NCBI RefSeq assembly: GCF_026571515.1
Contig: NW_026862606.1
Coordinates: forward strand, 124,001 to 188,000
DNA from: Ruditapes philippinarum
Taxonomy: Eukaryota
DNA: 64,000 nt
Direction of reading: 5' to 3'
The notes under the pieces are model-generated. The model did not search any database. It was not told the origin of the DNA and was given only the letters and a program-made list of their open reading frames with translations. The first letter of the stretch is position 1; each line of letters starts with the position of its first letter. Below are positions 1-13,866 of this stretch, one piece after another. The position numbers and the translations under genes are program-made.

Positions 1-485
1 AAAAAATGTTTTTATCTTTATTATCCTTAAGATATTTATTGACCTCAAGGGTGGGGGCATTTTGATTCTAGGTGCATGATTCATAGAGGTCAACTAGTCA
101 AAGCTGCATGCCAAATTATTAATATATAAGCTCTGGGCATTGTAGTTTGCCACAAAATGATAATATGTTAGTCTGTATTTTGACCTTAGGATCATGATTA
201 ATATAACTTTTGTAGAAGAAATTGATACTTCATTCAAAATATAGTAAAGAATCTCTGTATATGGTAAGGTTACAAAATATTAGATGTATGTATATCAATA
301 GTTCTCTTTCACTTTATAACAATTAATTAGAAGGCATATTTTTATGAATTTTTTTCCTGACTTTTTTCAATTAATCACAAGTGTTTTCAGGCAAAAGTAT
401 AACTCACAAAGTAGAAACAAAATTTCCTCTAAAAACACCTTTTAAGACTGAATTTAGAGTAAAACTTATCTTAAAATTATGTTAC

Positions 486-619
486 CTAACAAGTGACCAT
501 ACAATCACTAGATTATCTTCTCCCCCTGATATAAAATGACTGCAGTTATCTGTAAATCTTAAAACATTCACTGTCTGGTAATGACGACTCAAAACTGACA
601 TCAAATTTCCTGTACACAC
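486..619 (-). CDS. WDR18: WDR18 coding exon 4 (gene continues beyond the window start)
   Basis: ttccag| ... |gtaac, 134 nt. Encodes VCTGNLMSVLSRHYQTVNVLRFTDNCSHFISGGEDNLVIVWSLV, a WD40 repeat. Confidence 0.9.
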
Positions 620-791
620 CTGGAAATATAAAAACTTGTTTTCATTTTTCTCATCTGAAAAAAAAACTTCGCAAACTCATCATACCATTACTTTAACCTC
701 AAACATATTTTGTGGATTTTCATAACAATTTACAAATATCATAAATAAGTTGGAAGTATTTACCTACATTAAACAAAAGAAGTAATATTCA

Positions 792-1788
792 AACAAGAGC
801 CATGTCAACATGGCCACCCCCCGCCGAATGTGTTTGCTCATTGGAAGAATGTATATGTAGTAGAGCAGAATAATTCCATTTTAAGAGGTCTTTTGGCAAT
901 GAAAACTGATGGCTGAAGTGATTACAGATTTGAAACCTATGTGAATACTGATGGATGAAAATAACAAATGGCAATAACTGAAAAATAATGCAAGGTAGTT
1001 TATCATTCTTGTGTGCTGCACCCCTCCTCAGTAAAATCTATCCACCTATGAAGTTTCAAGTTGATACCTCAAATACTTTTTGAGATAAGCTCTGGACAAA
1101 ATTGTATGAAAAAGAACAAAGGGCAATAACTCAAAAATTATATAGGGAAGAGTTATCATTCTTATGCACAGCATTCCTCCTCAATAAGATCTTGCCATCT
1201 ATGACATTTCATGTAGGAGTGCAGTGCACAAGAATGATAACTCTACCCTGCATAATTTTCAATAACTCAAAAATTATATAGGGAAGTGTTATCATTCTTG
1301 CGCACAGCATTCCTCCTCACCTATGACATTTCATGTTGATATCTCAAACACTTTTGAGTTATGCTCCACTCAGGAAAAAAATTTAGTATGAAAAATAACA
1401 AAGGGCAATAACTCAAAAATTATGAAAGGTAGAGTTATCTTTCTTGTACACTGCACACCTCCTTAGTGACATTTATGCACCTATGAAGTTTCATGTTGAT
1501 ATCTCAAAGGCTTTTTGAGTTATGCTCTGGACAAAAATTAATTTTGAAAAATAACAAAGGGCAATAACTCAAAATTATGCAGGGTAGAGTTATCATTCTT
1601 GTGCACTGCACTCCTCCTCAATGAGGTCTATCCACCTATGAAGTTTCAAGTTGTTACCTCAAATACTTTTTGAGATATGCTCCGGACAAAAATGTCGGAC
1701 GGAAGGACGGACGGAAGGTCGGAAGGACGGACAGACCGACAGAGACTATTTCTATATCCCCTGCCGCCTTTTTGGCGGGGGATAATAA
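792..1788 (+). mobile_element. Non-autonomous Helentron/HINE-like element with internal tandem repeats
   Basis: AACAAG start, several ~140-150 bp internal units (AAAGGGCAATAACTC...TTATCATTCTTGTGCAC), a (GGAC/GGAA)n microsatellite, then the 3' palindrome CCCCTGCC...GGCGGGGG and ATAATAA. Confidence 0.75.
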
Positions 1789-1895
1789 TCAAGTAAAGTA
1801 CATATTCTAATTGACTTAAAGATACTGAGCTAAGACTTTATCAATTCATTTAATATGATTAATAAATTTATGATTTACTATATGCCTATTTTCAC

Positions 1896-2006
1896 CTGCC
1901 ATAAATGAATTTTTTCTCCCACTGCAGCAATACAGTATGTCCCATCAGGTGATACAGCAAGGGCAGTAACTCTGCCAGGACAGATAATCTTCAACTGATG
2001 CTGCTC
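1896..2006 (-). CDS. WDR18: WDR18 coding exon 3
   Basis: ttacag| ... |gtgaaa, 111 nt, phase 0. Encodes EQHQLKIICPGRVTALAVSPDGTYCIAAVGEKIHLWQ, a WD40 repeat. Confidence 0.9.
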
Positions 2007-2274
2007 CTGTAACATTGAAATACATGAACATCAACAAATTAAGGACACCATTGAAAATTCCAAAATTATATTTTATCTTTGAAAAAATATACATGTATGT
2101 GGTTTAATTAACCTACATAATTAAAGGTCTTAATATTCTATCATGTAACAAAGCCCATTTCAAAGATAATGATGCCATTGATTTATATTAATTTTGCTCA
2201 TTAAGCCTCAAAACCTGCAATAATAAATTGAAAAATAAAAAAATGTTAACCATGACTATCTGATTTCATCTTAC

Positions 2275-2466
2275 CCTTCTTTGTAAGGCCCAGACATGAA
2301 TGAGAGGTTTAGAACATGATGTTCCCAGTAAATACTGGTTACCAAGGATACACAATCCCCGATGATTGGTACTTTCACCTTTGTAAAATGTCAGACTAGT
2401 ACCAGTGTGTATATCCCAAACACAAGTATTCCATAACTGACCTGACAAATCACTTGTAAACAGTAC
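2275..2466 (-). CDS. WDR18: WDR18 coding exon 2
   Basis: ttgccag| acceptor and |gtaag donor, 192 nt. Encodes VLFTSDLSGQLWNTCVWDIHTGTSLTFYKG...KPLIHVWALQRR, matching the WDR18 N-terminal WD region. Confidence 0.9.
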
Positions 2467-2482
2467 CTGGCAAAATAAAAAG

Positions 2483-3600
2483 AACAAGCAATTATCATAG
2501 TATTGCAAGCAATCCATAAGTCCCCTACCGGTTAGAACCCCATCAACATTCTGAAGGGCCATTGGCCATTCACTAATGTTTCAATTTTTCTCTATTTTAA
2601 GTAAATTTGTTGGAAAAGTTCTTTAAAAGTGATCACAGGAAACAGTTTTTATGAACAGACAGACGGACTGAAGGACACTCTAAAGTTAATATTTGAAACA
2701 TCCCTGTTACCAAAATATAACATTTTAAAAGCAAAATTCTTAAAGAGGAGATAACTCTTGAATTAAAGATGCAATTTCATAAAAAATTTCAGCTCTTTTT
2801 GACTAATCACAAATATTGTTTTATTTGCCATGTTTTAAGCCTATTTGTTGCCAAGGCAACTGATATTTTATCAAAATAGGAAGAACGGATAAGACATGCA
2901 TAATCTCAAGACTGCTATCTACCCATATGTCAAGTTTCATAAAAATATTTCCAGTACTTTTTGAGTTATAACTGGATTCAGTTTATGTGTAAAATTTGCC
3001 ATATTTTCAGTCTATGTGTTGCCATAGCAACCAGAATTTTCAACATAGGAAGAAAAGAAAAAGACATGCATAATCTCAAGACTGCCATCTACCCATATGT
3101 CAAGTTTCATAAAAATATTTCCAGTACTTTTTGCGTTATCACTGGATCCAGTTTATGTGTAAAATTTGCCATATTTTCAGCCTATTTGTTGCCATAGCAA
3201 CCAAAATTTTCAACATAGGAAGAAAAGAAAAACACGTGCATAATCTCCATACTGCCATTTATTCATATACCAAGTTTCATAAAAATATTTTCAGTACTTT
3301 TCAAGTTATCGTGGGATCCAGTTTATGTGTAAAATTTGCCATATTTTCAGCCTATTTGTTGCCATAGCAACCAGAATTTTCAACATAGGAAGAAAAGAAA
3401 AAGACGTGCATAATCTCCATACTGCCATGTATCCATATACCAAGTTTCATAAAAATATTTTCAGTACTTTTCAAGTTATCGCGGGATCCAGTTTTGTGGA
3501 CGGACGGACTGACGGACTGACAGACGGACTGACAGACGGACGGACAGACGGACGGAGGGTAAACCTAAAGTCCCCTCCGGTAAACCGGTAGGGGACTAAT
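2483..3600 (+). mobile_element. Non-autonomous Helentron/HINE-like element with ~170-bp tandem units
   Basis: Subterminal inverted repeat AGTCCCCTACCGG (2519) / CCGGTAGGGGACT (~3586), about four 170-bp units, a (GACG/GACA)n microsatellite and a terminal hairpin. Confidence 0.8.
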
Positions 3601-4505
3601 AATGAGATTTTCTAACTTTGGAAGAACAATTATATCATTAATTGTGTTTTATCTATACAATCTATCTCTCAATAAATCTCAAATGGAAAAAAATTAGAGA
3701 AAGTGAGAGTTTCAAATCAGAACAATATTTTCACAAGTTGAATTTGTTAAATAGATTTTCCCTGTCACAGATTTGGGACAGTCAATTCAGAGCTTAAAGG
3801 ACTTCAATATCAAAATACATAAGTTGAGGTGCCAAGAGCATACAGTACAGCCTGGTTATATTGCACAGTGATGCATGCTGACCTTGTTGTCTACAGTACT
3901 GGTGGCAAAGGCTTTTCCCTTTTGGTTCAAGCATGTTTAGGATTTATTTATATAGGTTGATATACAGGGATTTTTTTGGCTTATTTTATAACCGTTATTG
4001 GGACATATTCCCAATTGAAAATAGTATATTATTTTCCCAATTTACAGGAAAAAATTCCCAATTGAAAGTTACAAAATAAAAATATTGAATAAAAAATCTA
4101 AAATCTTAGCAAATAAAGGCTTCTTCACTGTATTAGTGCTTAAATGTTTGAAGATGCCATCAAAGACAGTAATTGTTTGCATCCATTTAATCACGGCAAA
4201 ATTCATGTAATGCATTTTTTTGATGGGGGGATGTGAACCATGAAAAATAATGCAGCCCTGGTAAATTTGAGAAAGCTGTTATGTATAACGACAAAATTTA
4301 TTGGGGCTTCTTATTCGCAGGAGCCGTATTGAGTTTACAGGTACCAATGTGGGTGGGTCCTGTCTTACAAGAGTGCAGGGTTTACATCTTTAAACAGATT
4401 GGTGATCCGTATCACCAGTTAAATTCTGTTAAAATCGCTTGTATATTCAGCCTGTATATTACAATATCACACTTGACCGTTGGCAAAAATGGTTGTTTTC
4501 TTTGG

Positions 4506-6371
4506 CAGGCCTCGACACTAACTTTTTTAGCAGGTGGTACGCCGGACCACTAGATTTGAAAGTTAGGTGGTCCTTCCAGAAGTCAGGTGGTCAGTTATCA
4601 CTATTATATCATTTTACTGCAAATGTAGAAAAAATGTTTAAACTTTATGACAAAGATGTATTAGTAACCTTTAAAGAAAACAGATATTTTTAGATATACA
4701 GTTAAACTTCGTTCGCTCGAACTCGGATCGCTCGAATACCTCCCTTCGCTAGAACTCATCGCCCAGTCCCGGCAAAATTCCTATATAATATATATTGTTC
4801 TACCTCGGATCACTCGAACACCGATCGCTCGAACTCTCGAACCTGATCTCTGGTCCCTTCGGCAGATATATAGTGAAAATCACATCTTTACTTGTACGTG
4901 TGTTTATTTAAGTAAATGACTACAAATAAATGCTGCTGTCGAACTTTTTCTTAAATATTTCATTAATTTAATTTTTAAAATTAAAAAATCCCATTATAAA
5001 CATATAAATATATTTTGAACATTATTCAACAAATTTGGTGTGATTGCCCAATCGAACTCAACCAATTACAAGATGCATGCATATAGATTAACACAACCTA
5101 TCGTTAATACTTAATTGAAAACACTGGGATAATAATTCTGAATATGACATATTCGACGAACAAATGTACTAAAAAACAATTATATTTACGTATTTATCAT
5201 CCGACCAATGTATGCTATAAATCTTTAGACATATGATCAACTAATAATAGTTTGACCTCGGTTGGCTCGAACTACCGATCTCTCGAACAAATTTGCACAG
5301 GCCCTCCGAGTTCGAGCGAACGAAGTTCGACTGTATATTTTTCATCTAATCAGAAAAAGGAGAGCAAGTCAGTAGGTATTTTATCGCATTTGTTTTTATC
5401 TCAGTCAAAAATACACAATAGAGCTCTTATTTATGTTAACTTTTATATTAAAGTGATTTCTCCCTCAACTCAAGCTAGGGAATAGTGAAGCCATTTGTGT
5501 CTGTTATTTTCTTACTGTTATTCAAATATTCATTGCTGATACATGGTACGTCTTATAATCATGATAATAACATAGCATCTTTTATAGATTAATATTTTTA
5601 ATGGAACTAATAAATTTAACTTATTCTTGTCTTTGAAAACAAGGAAATATCTAAATCATTAAAATAATGACAACGTTATTATTTACTATAACTTATCTTA
5701 TTTTTCTCACAGATTTACAATACAGAATTTTATCTCCCTGTTTCTTGTTGGTTGATATTCATTTTTGACATTGGGTATTTTTAACCTTTTAAAATAATTT
5801 TAACTCTAGATGAAACAGATCTCTTATCGTTAAACAGTTAAAATAAAGATAAATAGCATAGAATTACTAGATGTATTTTTTCCAGTTCCTTTCGTTTGCT
5901 GTCGTTATTCAAGTATCTGAAATTTAAGTTTATCCAATATCATATAACTACCATCATCGGATACTCACGGTTGATTAACATGTAACATAACATAAATGTT
6001 AATGGCTCCGCTGTGGTTATCAGACGATGCATAATTACTAGCACCATTTGAATGGATTTTGTACCTAAATTTATATCACAAATTCTTAACTCTTTTAACT
6101 TGCATACTTAAAATGAAAGTTATTGATGACTTAAGAACTTCTTTAACTAATGATAATCAGAGATTAATGAACCATATACATGTACATCGGACATAGATTT
6201 TAAACAAAATTATATAACATGTTTTTGACCAAATCGCCATTCTCCCAAATGAGCCTTGCATCAACCAGAAAATTCAAGTGGTCCAATGGACCAGTGGGTT
6301 TTAAAATTAGGTGGTCCTTGCTAAAATCAAGTGGTCTCGGACCAACGGACCACCGCTAATGTCGAGGCCTG
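4506..6371. mobile_element. Non-autonomous DNA transposon with hAT-like termini
   Basis: TIRs CAGGCCTCGACA...TGTCGAGGCCTG with subterminal GTGGTCC/GGACCAC motifs. No clear 8-bp TSD. Confidence 0.65.
4699..5333. mobile_element. Tc1/mariner (pogo-like) MITE nested in the previous element
   Basis: TIR CAGTYRAACTTCGTTCGCTCGAACTCGG at both ends, flanked by a TA duplication. Confidence 0.85.
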
Positions 6372-6445
6372 TTTAGTGCATCTGTTCAGACTGCTGCCTC
6401 AAATAAAAATGAGAACTTTGTGAGTGGGACTGTGTCTGTACCTGG

Positions 6446-6643
6446 TTTAAACATATTTATTTAAATATTGCGAAACAAGTTCTTGCAACTTATATCAATC
6501 ACTTTCGAGTCCGCATCCTGGAACCAACCAGTACTGGTGTCTTATGGAGAAACATGGTCGTGACCCGAGTAGGGCTCGAACCCATGATCTCTGGGTTGAG
6601 AGCCTCAGAGGCAGACACCTTAACCATTAGGCCACCGCTCCCC
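6446..6643 (-). mobile_element. tRNA-derived SINE
   Basis: Minus strand has A box TGGCCTAATGG, B box GGTTCGAGCCC, a non-tRNA body and the tail AATAAATATGTTTAAA. Confidence 0.8.
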
Positions 6644-6959
6644 TTGTCTATACTGCCTAGAATTCTTACAGATACAGGAGAGGCATACACGTTGTAGTAT
6701 CAAACACTGACAGCGAAAATAAAGAAGGGAACTTTGTTGCATGAGCCTCTGATTTAGAGAAACCAAACAGGCAAAAGTCTTAGCTACACAGCGTATCGCG
6801 AAAACTAATGAAAACTCAGATATTGCTCCAATTCTCCAAATCAAAATAAAAGAAGAATTACGTTAGAATAAACATGGTTTTAATTATTCATATAATTGGC
6901 TTATCGATGTTTATGATCTTGTCTTAGAAGAAATATTTATGTATTTATGTACACATTAC

Positions 6960-6977
6960 CTCAATGGGGGCAGACAT
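6960..6977 (-). CDS. WDR18: WD repeat protein 18 (Ipi3 homologue), coding exon 1 (MSAPIE)
   Basis: Minus strand reads ATG TCT GCC CCC ATT GAG|gtaatg. This resembles the vertebrate WDR18 N-terminus (MAAPME-V) and joins exon 2 in phase 0. Confidence 0.8.
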
Positions 6978-7614
6978 TTTGAACGGCACAGTCTAAACGC
7001 GGACGCCTTAAGCAGTCAAAGTAGACAGTATAAACATAAATATAAGTTTGAATATATTTGAACACTTTGCATATGCAATGCGCGGACACTATAAACATAT
7101 AGGGAAAACGCTGACAATAAAGACAGAGGAAAAAAAGCGGACGATATAGATATACTGTATAGTGTAGATTGAAAATCTTTCCAAATATACAAATAATATT
7201 TACTTTGATTTGTAATTTACTTTTGTTTCTTAATTGCACATTTAATTGACATATTGGCTGAATCTTCTTTTGTTTGTGTACATATATAAATATGAAATAG
7301 TGGACGAATGAGTATGTTTTTGAAAATCACTGAAAATTAACGTTTACCGGTGAAAAAACACGTGTTGCAAATTAACTGGAAACATAACAATTAACTGCGA
7401 ATGACTGTCACATTATTAAAATTGTCGGCTCTTTAGATATTGAACAATTAGGACATTAATTTCAAAGAACAATAAACAACAAAACAACATTGGGACCAAT
7501 CATGATATTAATTTCAGTCGTCATGTTTTTGGTCTTCTGTATTTTTTTTTCTCACAACTTTGTAATTTCAACTTAGTTAATGGTAAAACTTTTAATGGTA
7601 ATGTATAAATACAG

Positions 7615-10600
7615 TCAAATGAATACATAAAAAATCTTTTTCAAGTATGAAAACTGTATATGTTAAATTATTTAATGTTATTTTCAATTCTGGTATTGTA
7701 CCAAATGATTGGACAGTTGGAATTATTAACCCAATATATAAAAATAAAGGGGATGTTAGTGACCCGTCAAATTATAGACCCATAACATTGTTAAGTTGTA
7801 TGGGGAAACTTTTCACTGCAATTTTAAATATGCGTCTGCAAAAATATACTGAAAATTATAATTTGATTAACGAATACCAATTAAGCTGTATTCCGAAAAG
7901 GATTTTCATCATTTTCTACACTTGATAATATGTTTGTACTAAATACTTTGCTTGATCTATTAAAAAAAAGTAAAAAGAAACTGTTTTGTGCCTTTGTTGA
8001 CCTTAAACGTGCGTCTGATAGTGTGTGGCGTTCAGGACTTTGGTGTAAACTATATGCTGTTAATTTAAATGGTAATTTTTTGAATGTTGTTAAAAATATA
8101 TATGAAAATGCAAAATCTTGTGTAAGGGCAAATATGGGAACAAATCAATATATTTTTCATGCACTGCCGGTGTAAGACAAGGTGAAAATTTATCGCCGCT
8201 TTTATTTTCATTATTTCTAAATGATTTACATGCTTATTTTTCCAACAGTGGTCTAGTCGAAAGCGTCAATTGTTATAATAATGATTTTGATGGAAATTTT
8301 ATGTACTTTTTAAAACTTTTTATTTTATTGTATGCAGATAATACTGTTATTTTGTCAGAATCTGCTAAAGATCTACAAGACGCTTTAAATGTCTATGCAG
8401 CGTATTGTGATAAATGGAAATTGGTTCTTAACACTTCAAAAACAAAAGTTATGGCTTTCGCAAGAGGTACACAAGTTCAACACAATTTTACTTATAATAA
8501 TGAAGATATCGAAATTGTTAATGAATATAAATATCTTGGAATTATCTTTAGTAGGAGTGGATCTTTTTTAAATGCAAAAAGCATATAGCCAAACAAGGAA
8601 CAATAGCAATGTATAATTTAATTTAAAAAAGGCTAAATCACTATACTTACCAATTGACATCCAAATAGATTTGTTCAATAAAACTGTTAAACCAATTTTG
8701 CTCTATGGATGTGAAATTTGGGGTTATGGAAACATTGACATATATTATTTATTCATTATTATAGTCTCATCTATACACATATATACATATAAAACATTTA
8801 AAACATTAAAATTGTATATAGCCATTCTCGAAAGAATTACAAGAGACTTGTTATAGCTAATACTAAGAGGGATAACTCCACAATCCATATTATAGAAATG
8901 TATAATATGTATTGTATATTTACCACATTCTCAACATTTACATCATATAAATCAATTGCAATAGGATGACATAATTGAACATTGTCATTATTAAAAAGTT
9001 ATTTGAGACATTTAATTACAAAATTATTGTAGACTTTTTACATTCTTAAAGTTTGATAACCTCTACTGACCTTGTCTTAAAAACTTCCATAAGAAACTAT
9101 ACTGTAAAATACTAAATTTTGTAATAAAAGCACTATCAAGCAATATAAAAAATGGTTTTACAAAATCATTTGTCACTCATGTTTAGACAATGGATGAACT
9201 GTTCAGTAGTGATTATCAAAACATAGGGATAAAACTTATTTATGAAATTAAAATATATCATATTCTATACATGTATTAAAATTTCCATGTGTGTAAAATG
9301 ATATTAACTGTTCACTCCAGGCATGAGGTGAGATACAGACATAACATCACATTCTTGTTTATGAATTAAGAAATGTTCTAAAGACTAACACTTATATTTA
9401 ACAAATAAAAATAGAATTTTCAGTGAAACAAACATACTAAACTGTCAGTATCTGTAAGTATACCCCATCTCCTACATAGAATGAGATAATATAACTTTGC
9501 TTTACACTATTTACGCTACTAATACTTATAATAAAAATAATATATGACTAATCCTGAAATGTAGTCTGTTAAACTATTTATATAAATGATTGTTTCTGGC
9601 TTTTAAAATCAAAAAGCACGTTTTGGAACTCACTTGTAACATATGTTCATTTGAGAGTACAAAGTTTAATTTATCCTGATCACATAAATTGTTAAATGAG
9701 GCATCAATCTCAATAGCTTTATTAACAATATCATTTCTGAGACTCTGATACAATGGGCAATGAAATAAAACATGAACTGCATTTTCCACTGCAAGTTCAC
9801 AAATCGGACATAGACGCTGTTCTTCTGGGATATTTTCATATCTCCCCGTTTCTAAACGGAGGTGGCAACTCCACATCTAAACTTAGCTAACGCACACTTG
9901 TATTTACTAGACAAAGTTGAACATTCAACATACTTTTCAGTTTCATAAACAGATTTAAACTGCGTATAAGTCCTAAGTTTATTTCTACCTCTACCAGAGG
10001 GACCCGTGACATTTTGAATACTGGTTCTCCAATCATGAATGAAAGTATCCATGGTGCACTTACTTATCTTATCACAAAAATATTTGGAAGACATGTTAAT
10101 ACAATCATTCGACAAATTCAATAAATTGTTTGACAATAGATGTTTCTTATACAGAAATTGCCATTTTTTGCAACTATTATTACCCTTACTGTCACAAAAT
10201 CTAAAAATCTTGAAATTAATTCTCTCACTATCCATTGACTTTACTCTATGCCAGCGTTGAGACACAGATCTCCACTGTTTCACATGAGGGGGTTGCCATG
10301 ATAGAAAGAGTTCAACTTAAGTTTTTAAAATATATTTTAGGATTAAAATCTTCTACCTCAAATACAATAGTGTATGGTGAAACAGGTGTAACACCGCTCT
10401 CAGTAGATATAGAATCAAGATTAGTTTCTTTTTGGGCAGATATAGTTGTTCCAAAGACGTTTAAACTAACGCAGACAATGTATTATTTTGCTCTTTATAG
10501 TAGTATTTTTTTAATACACAGCAAAGCAATAATTTTATGTGGATAACGTGTATTAGAGATATACTCGTCAAATGCGGCATGAACAATATTTGGGACACAC

Positions 10601-10930
10601 ATCTTTTTCCAAATCAAAAGTGGTTGACCGCAACAGTTAAACAAAAGCTAATAGACCTGTTTCTTAACAGCTGGTAACTTCTGGAAAGTGTAAAAATTAC
10701 AAGTTATTTAAACATAAATTCGAATTTGAAAAGTATATCACAAAAACACATCTTAATTTACTTAGATATCTGATTAAATTTAGAACAAGAAACCATAGAT
10801 TACCAGTAGAAACGGGATCTTGGCATGGGATAGAACTTAATATGAGAAATTCTACATTATGTAATTCCTCAGTTGGAGATGAATTTCACTACCTTCTAGA
10901 ATGTAAATATTTTGATCGTCAAAGAAAAAA
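7615..10930 (+). mobile_element. Degenerate 5'-truncated RTE-X-like LINE, split at ~8740/10290
   Basis: RT motifs NYRPITLLS, FVDLKRA, VRQGENLSP, LYADN, YKYLG and C-terminal FRTRNHRLPVETG...GDEFHYLLEC. Frameshifts present. IWGYGNIDI resumes as IERVQLKF after the insertion. Confidence 0.9.
8742..10290 (-). mobile_element. 3' fragment of a second RTE-X-like LINE, nested in opposite orientation
   Basis: ORFs 9574-10283 contain KFRCG..LRLETGRY..RLCPIC..HVLFHC (C-terminal Zn motif), followed by an ~800-nt 3' UTR ending in AATAAATAAT. Confidence 0.85.
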
Positions 10931-13866
10931 ATACACATGCACATCCCTCATTTCCGAAAAAAAAGTTACATGCCTTGAATTCATTTCATTGCTTACAAAG
11001 TGTTAATTTGAATTGGATTATTAAATTATTGTGTTCTTTAACTTTTAAAGTGTAATTGTGTATCAAATATTATATAAAGTGCTTTCACTAAGGTATTGTT
11101 AAAATGGCATTCGTTGTAGGACACAGTCAAGTAAAATATATGAGTGATTATTTGTGTCAACATTCGTACTGTGTTTTCCTATCCTGGATATAAAACCCGC
11201 CAGTTTTGTTTCGAAGAGAACATTTTTGAAGTTGCTCCATATTTTTCGGTAAGTTCATATCAATGATATTCCCCATTTTTGTAGTTTTATTAATATTTTA
11301 TCCATTAAGTAAGTAAAAAAATCTTTCTACTATGAATACATATTAGCTAATTGAAGTATCCACGGGTCACCTGTGTATGTACCGACACTTGTATATTTCA
11401 AGTAATCATACACCTCACCCTTGTATAACTAATAAAGTGGCTACAGAAAATGCGGACAATATAGACATATAGTGAAAAGCGGGCGATATAGATAAAGAAG
11501 GAACACGCTGACGAAATAAATGTATAACACGGGAGAATAGAAAACTGTTATGAATAAAAAAAAATCTGGCTTCTACCATGTATTTAATTAAGTTACATCA
11601 ATTAATTTTCTTTTATTCATCATATTTTTTAGTTTTATTTATATTTTACTTATTAAGTAACTAAAATACTTTCTGCCAATCAACAAATTCAAGTATCCAC
11701 GTGCCACCTGTGTATTTGACTTAATCACGCACCGACACTTGTATATTTCAAGTAATCATACACCTCACCCTTGTATAATTAATAAAGTGGGTGCAGAAAA
11801 TGCGGACAATAGAGACATATAGTGAAAAAGCTGAAAAAGCGGGCGATATAGATATAGAAGGAAAACGCTGACGAAATAAATGTATTACACGGGAGAATAG
11901 AAAAATGTTATAAATAAAAAAATATAAAATTGCAATGAAGTTCATTCTTTATCTTCGTTTTTATTACTGCACAATATTACTATACACTATCATTATCTAT
12001 TTTATTATAATTTTATGTGAGATAATAATTTTATCTCACACATCATTCTACACTATATCTGTAGCGCCCGCTTTTTTCCTCTATATCTTTATCGTCCGCT
12101 TTTTCTCTATATATTTATACTGTCCGCAAAATAGGGCAAAGAGCGGACAGGTTCAATCAGGTAGCATGTGGTTGACACTTATTTGTCGTTAATTTGCAAC
12201 ACGTGTCCGTGACAACAGTATACGTGCATGCCTTTATTTCTTTTTATCAACGACCTTTAAACTTTAAAACTACCTTAAAAACTTGAATTTATAAATAACA
12301 GTGTTTTTGTCCAAAAAGTATTGTACAAATGTGAATGAAAGTTTTTATCCTTATTTTTTTTTTCTTAAAATGTGGTCGATTTAGTATCATTCGTAATTTT
12401 TGAAAAATATTTTTTCCTCTATATCTATATCGTCAGCGTTTTCCCTATATATATATATTGTCCGCAAAATGCCTATCATGTTATCTCTAACCAAGTGCCG
12501 ACACGATTAATCAGTAGCATGTTGTTCACACTTAAAAAAATACCGTTAATTTGCAGCACGCGTTCGCCTATATTGTATGAATAAAAAGAAACAGACTTTC
12601 TTTATTAATTTATATCAATAACTATATAATTAAAAATTACTCTTACAAAATTTTCATTTTGAAAAATCAAGGTTTTTCTTTATTTTGCGAACAAAAAATT
12701 TGTCCGCCTACTGCACATAAAGACAGACAAAAACATTGCCAAAATGAAATACATATCCTTCATTACATACAGCTGTTGCCAATTTAGTAACATCATTGTA
12801 TTTTTTAAGACATTCATTTGATCACGGATTTATATGTCAATTAAAGTCCGTGATTTGATCCATTTGTGTCATATATTAGTTTTCAATATTTAGAAAGTCC
12901 AAAAATGTGTCATATAACGTAATAAAATTCATTGACATTCAATCATAAATTACTTTTATATTTTTCCCAATTAGCTAATTTAATATATTTTTTTAAATAT
13001 TGAAGTAAAAATCCAATTACACATCATTTTTATAAACTTCATCAATGCCCAAAATAATCACCAATTAGTCTACACTGTATATCTATATATCGTCCGCTTT
13101 TTTCCTCTTTGCCTATATTGTCAGCGTTTTCCCTATATGTTTATATTGTCCGCTTAAGGCGTCCGCGTTTTAGACAGGCCCTATTTTTGAATGGTCAGAC
13201 GTATCCATCAATTTTCCATATGCTAAGATGCCGAAACGACGAAACGATGCTCAAAACCACAAAGCTATTATTTTTGTAATGTAAGTCTCTATCATAACAT
13301 ACCTCAATTTTTATATCATTGAACCCTTGAATGATTTTATTAATACACAGAAGTTCACTACTGCAGTAGTCTATCAAAAATGATTTAGAATTGTCTTATC
13401 TGATTACAGCATGTACGTACATTGTTGTAAATGTCCAATTTGCCACAATTGCAGTTCGCAGTTTTTTTCTTGTTTTTATATATATTATTATTATTATTTT
13501 ATTTATTTTTTTTTTTGTGGGGGGGGGGTGGGGGGAGTAGCTGGGTTAAATACAAATAAGTTAACTAATGCTTTGAAATAAAAATACGTTTTTTTCCAAT
13601 CATTTTCAAAGGTCAGTTAAAATAATAAGTCTTATATCTATCTTTATCTCCTATATCTATCTCGATCTTCTTATCTTGAAGAAGGGAACAAATGACACGT
13701 GTCCTTTATTACCTAAACAAACAACTTAATTAGTATGAGAGTAGAGACACCTGTCTGTTGAACACAACTTGTATGCATGTTTGAGTGAATAAAAGATGTG
13801 TTGTGTTGTGTTGTGTTGAAATATAATTGCTACGTAAAATAAAAGAAAGCAAAAGTTGAAACAGAC

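Larger units (their letters stand above)
6985..13181. mobile_element. MULE/foldback-like non-autonomous element with long imperfect TIRs
   Basis: GTCTAAACGCGGACGCCTTAAGC...AGGGAAAACGCTGACAAT...GCGGACGATATAG at ~6990-7170 is inverted at ~13068-13181. The same modules repeat internally in both orientations (11350-12570). Flanks CATTTTGAA / TATTTTTGAA resemble a ~9-bp TSD. Confidence 0.7.

Noticed and set aside
2961-3591. Three similar ORFs (MCKICHIFSL...) suggesting a tandem gene family
   Set aside because: They are translations of the 170-bp tandem units of a Helentron-like element in an intron.
3965-4260. CAGGG...CCCTG-bounded segment as a hAT MITE
   Set aside because: The terminal match is only 5 bp and there is no TSD, so support is insufficient.
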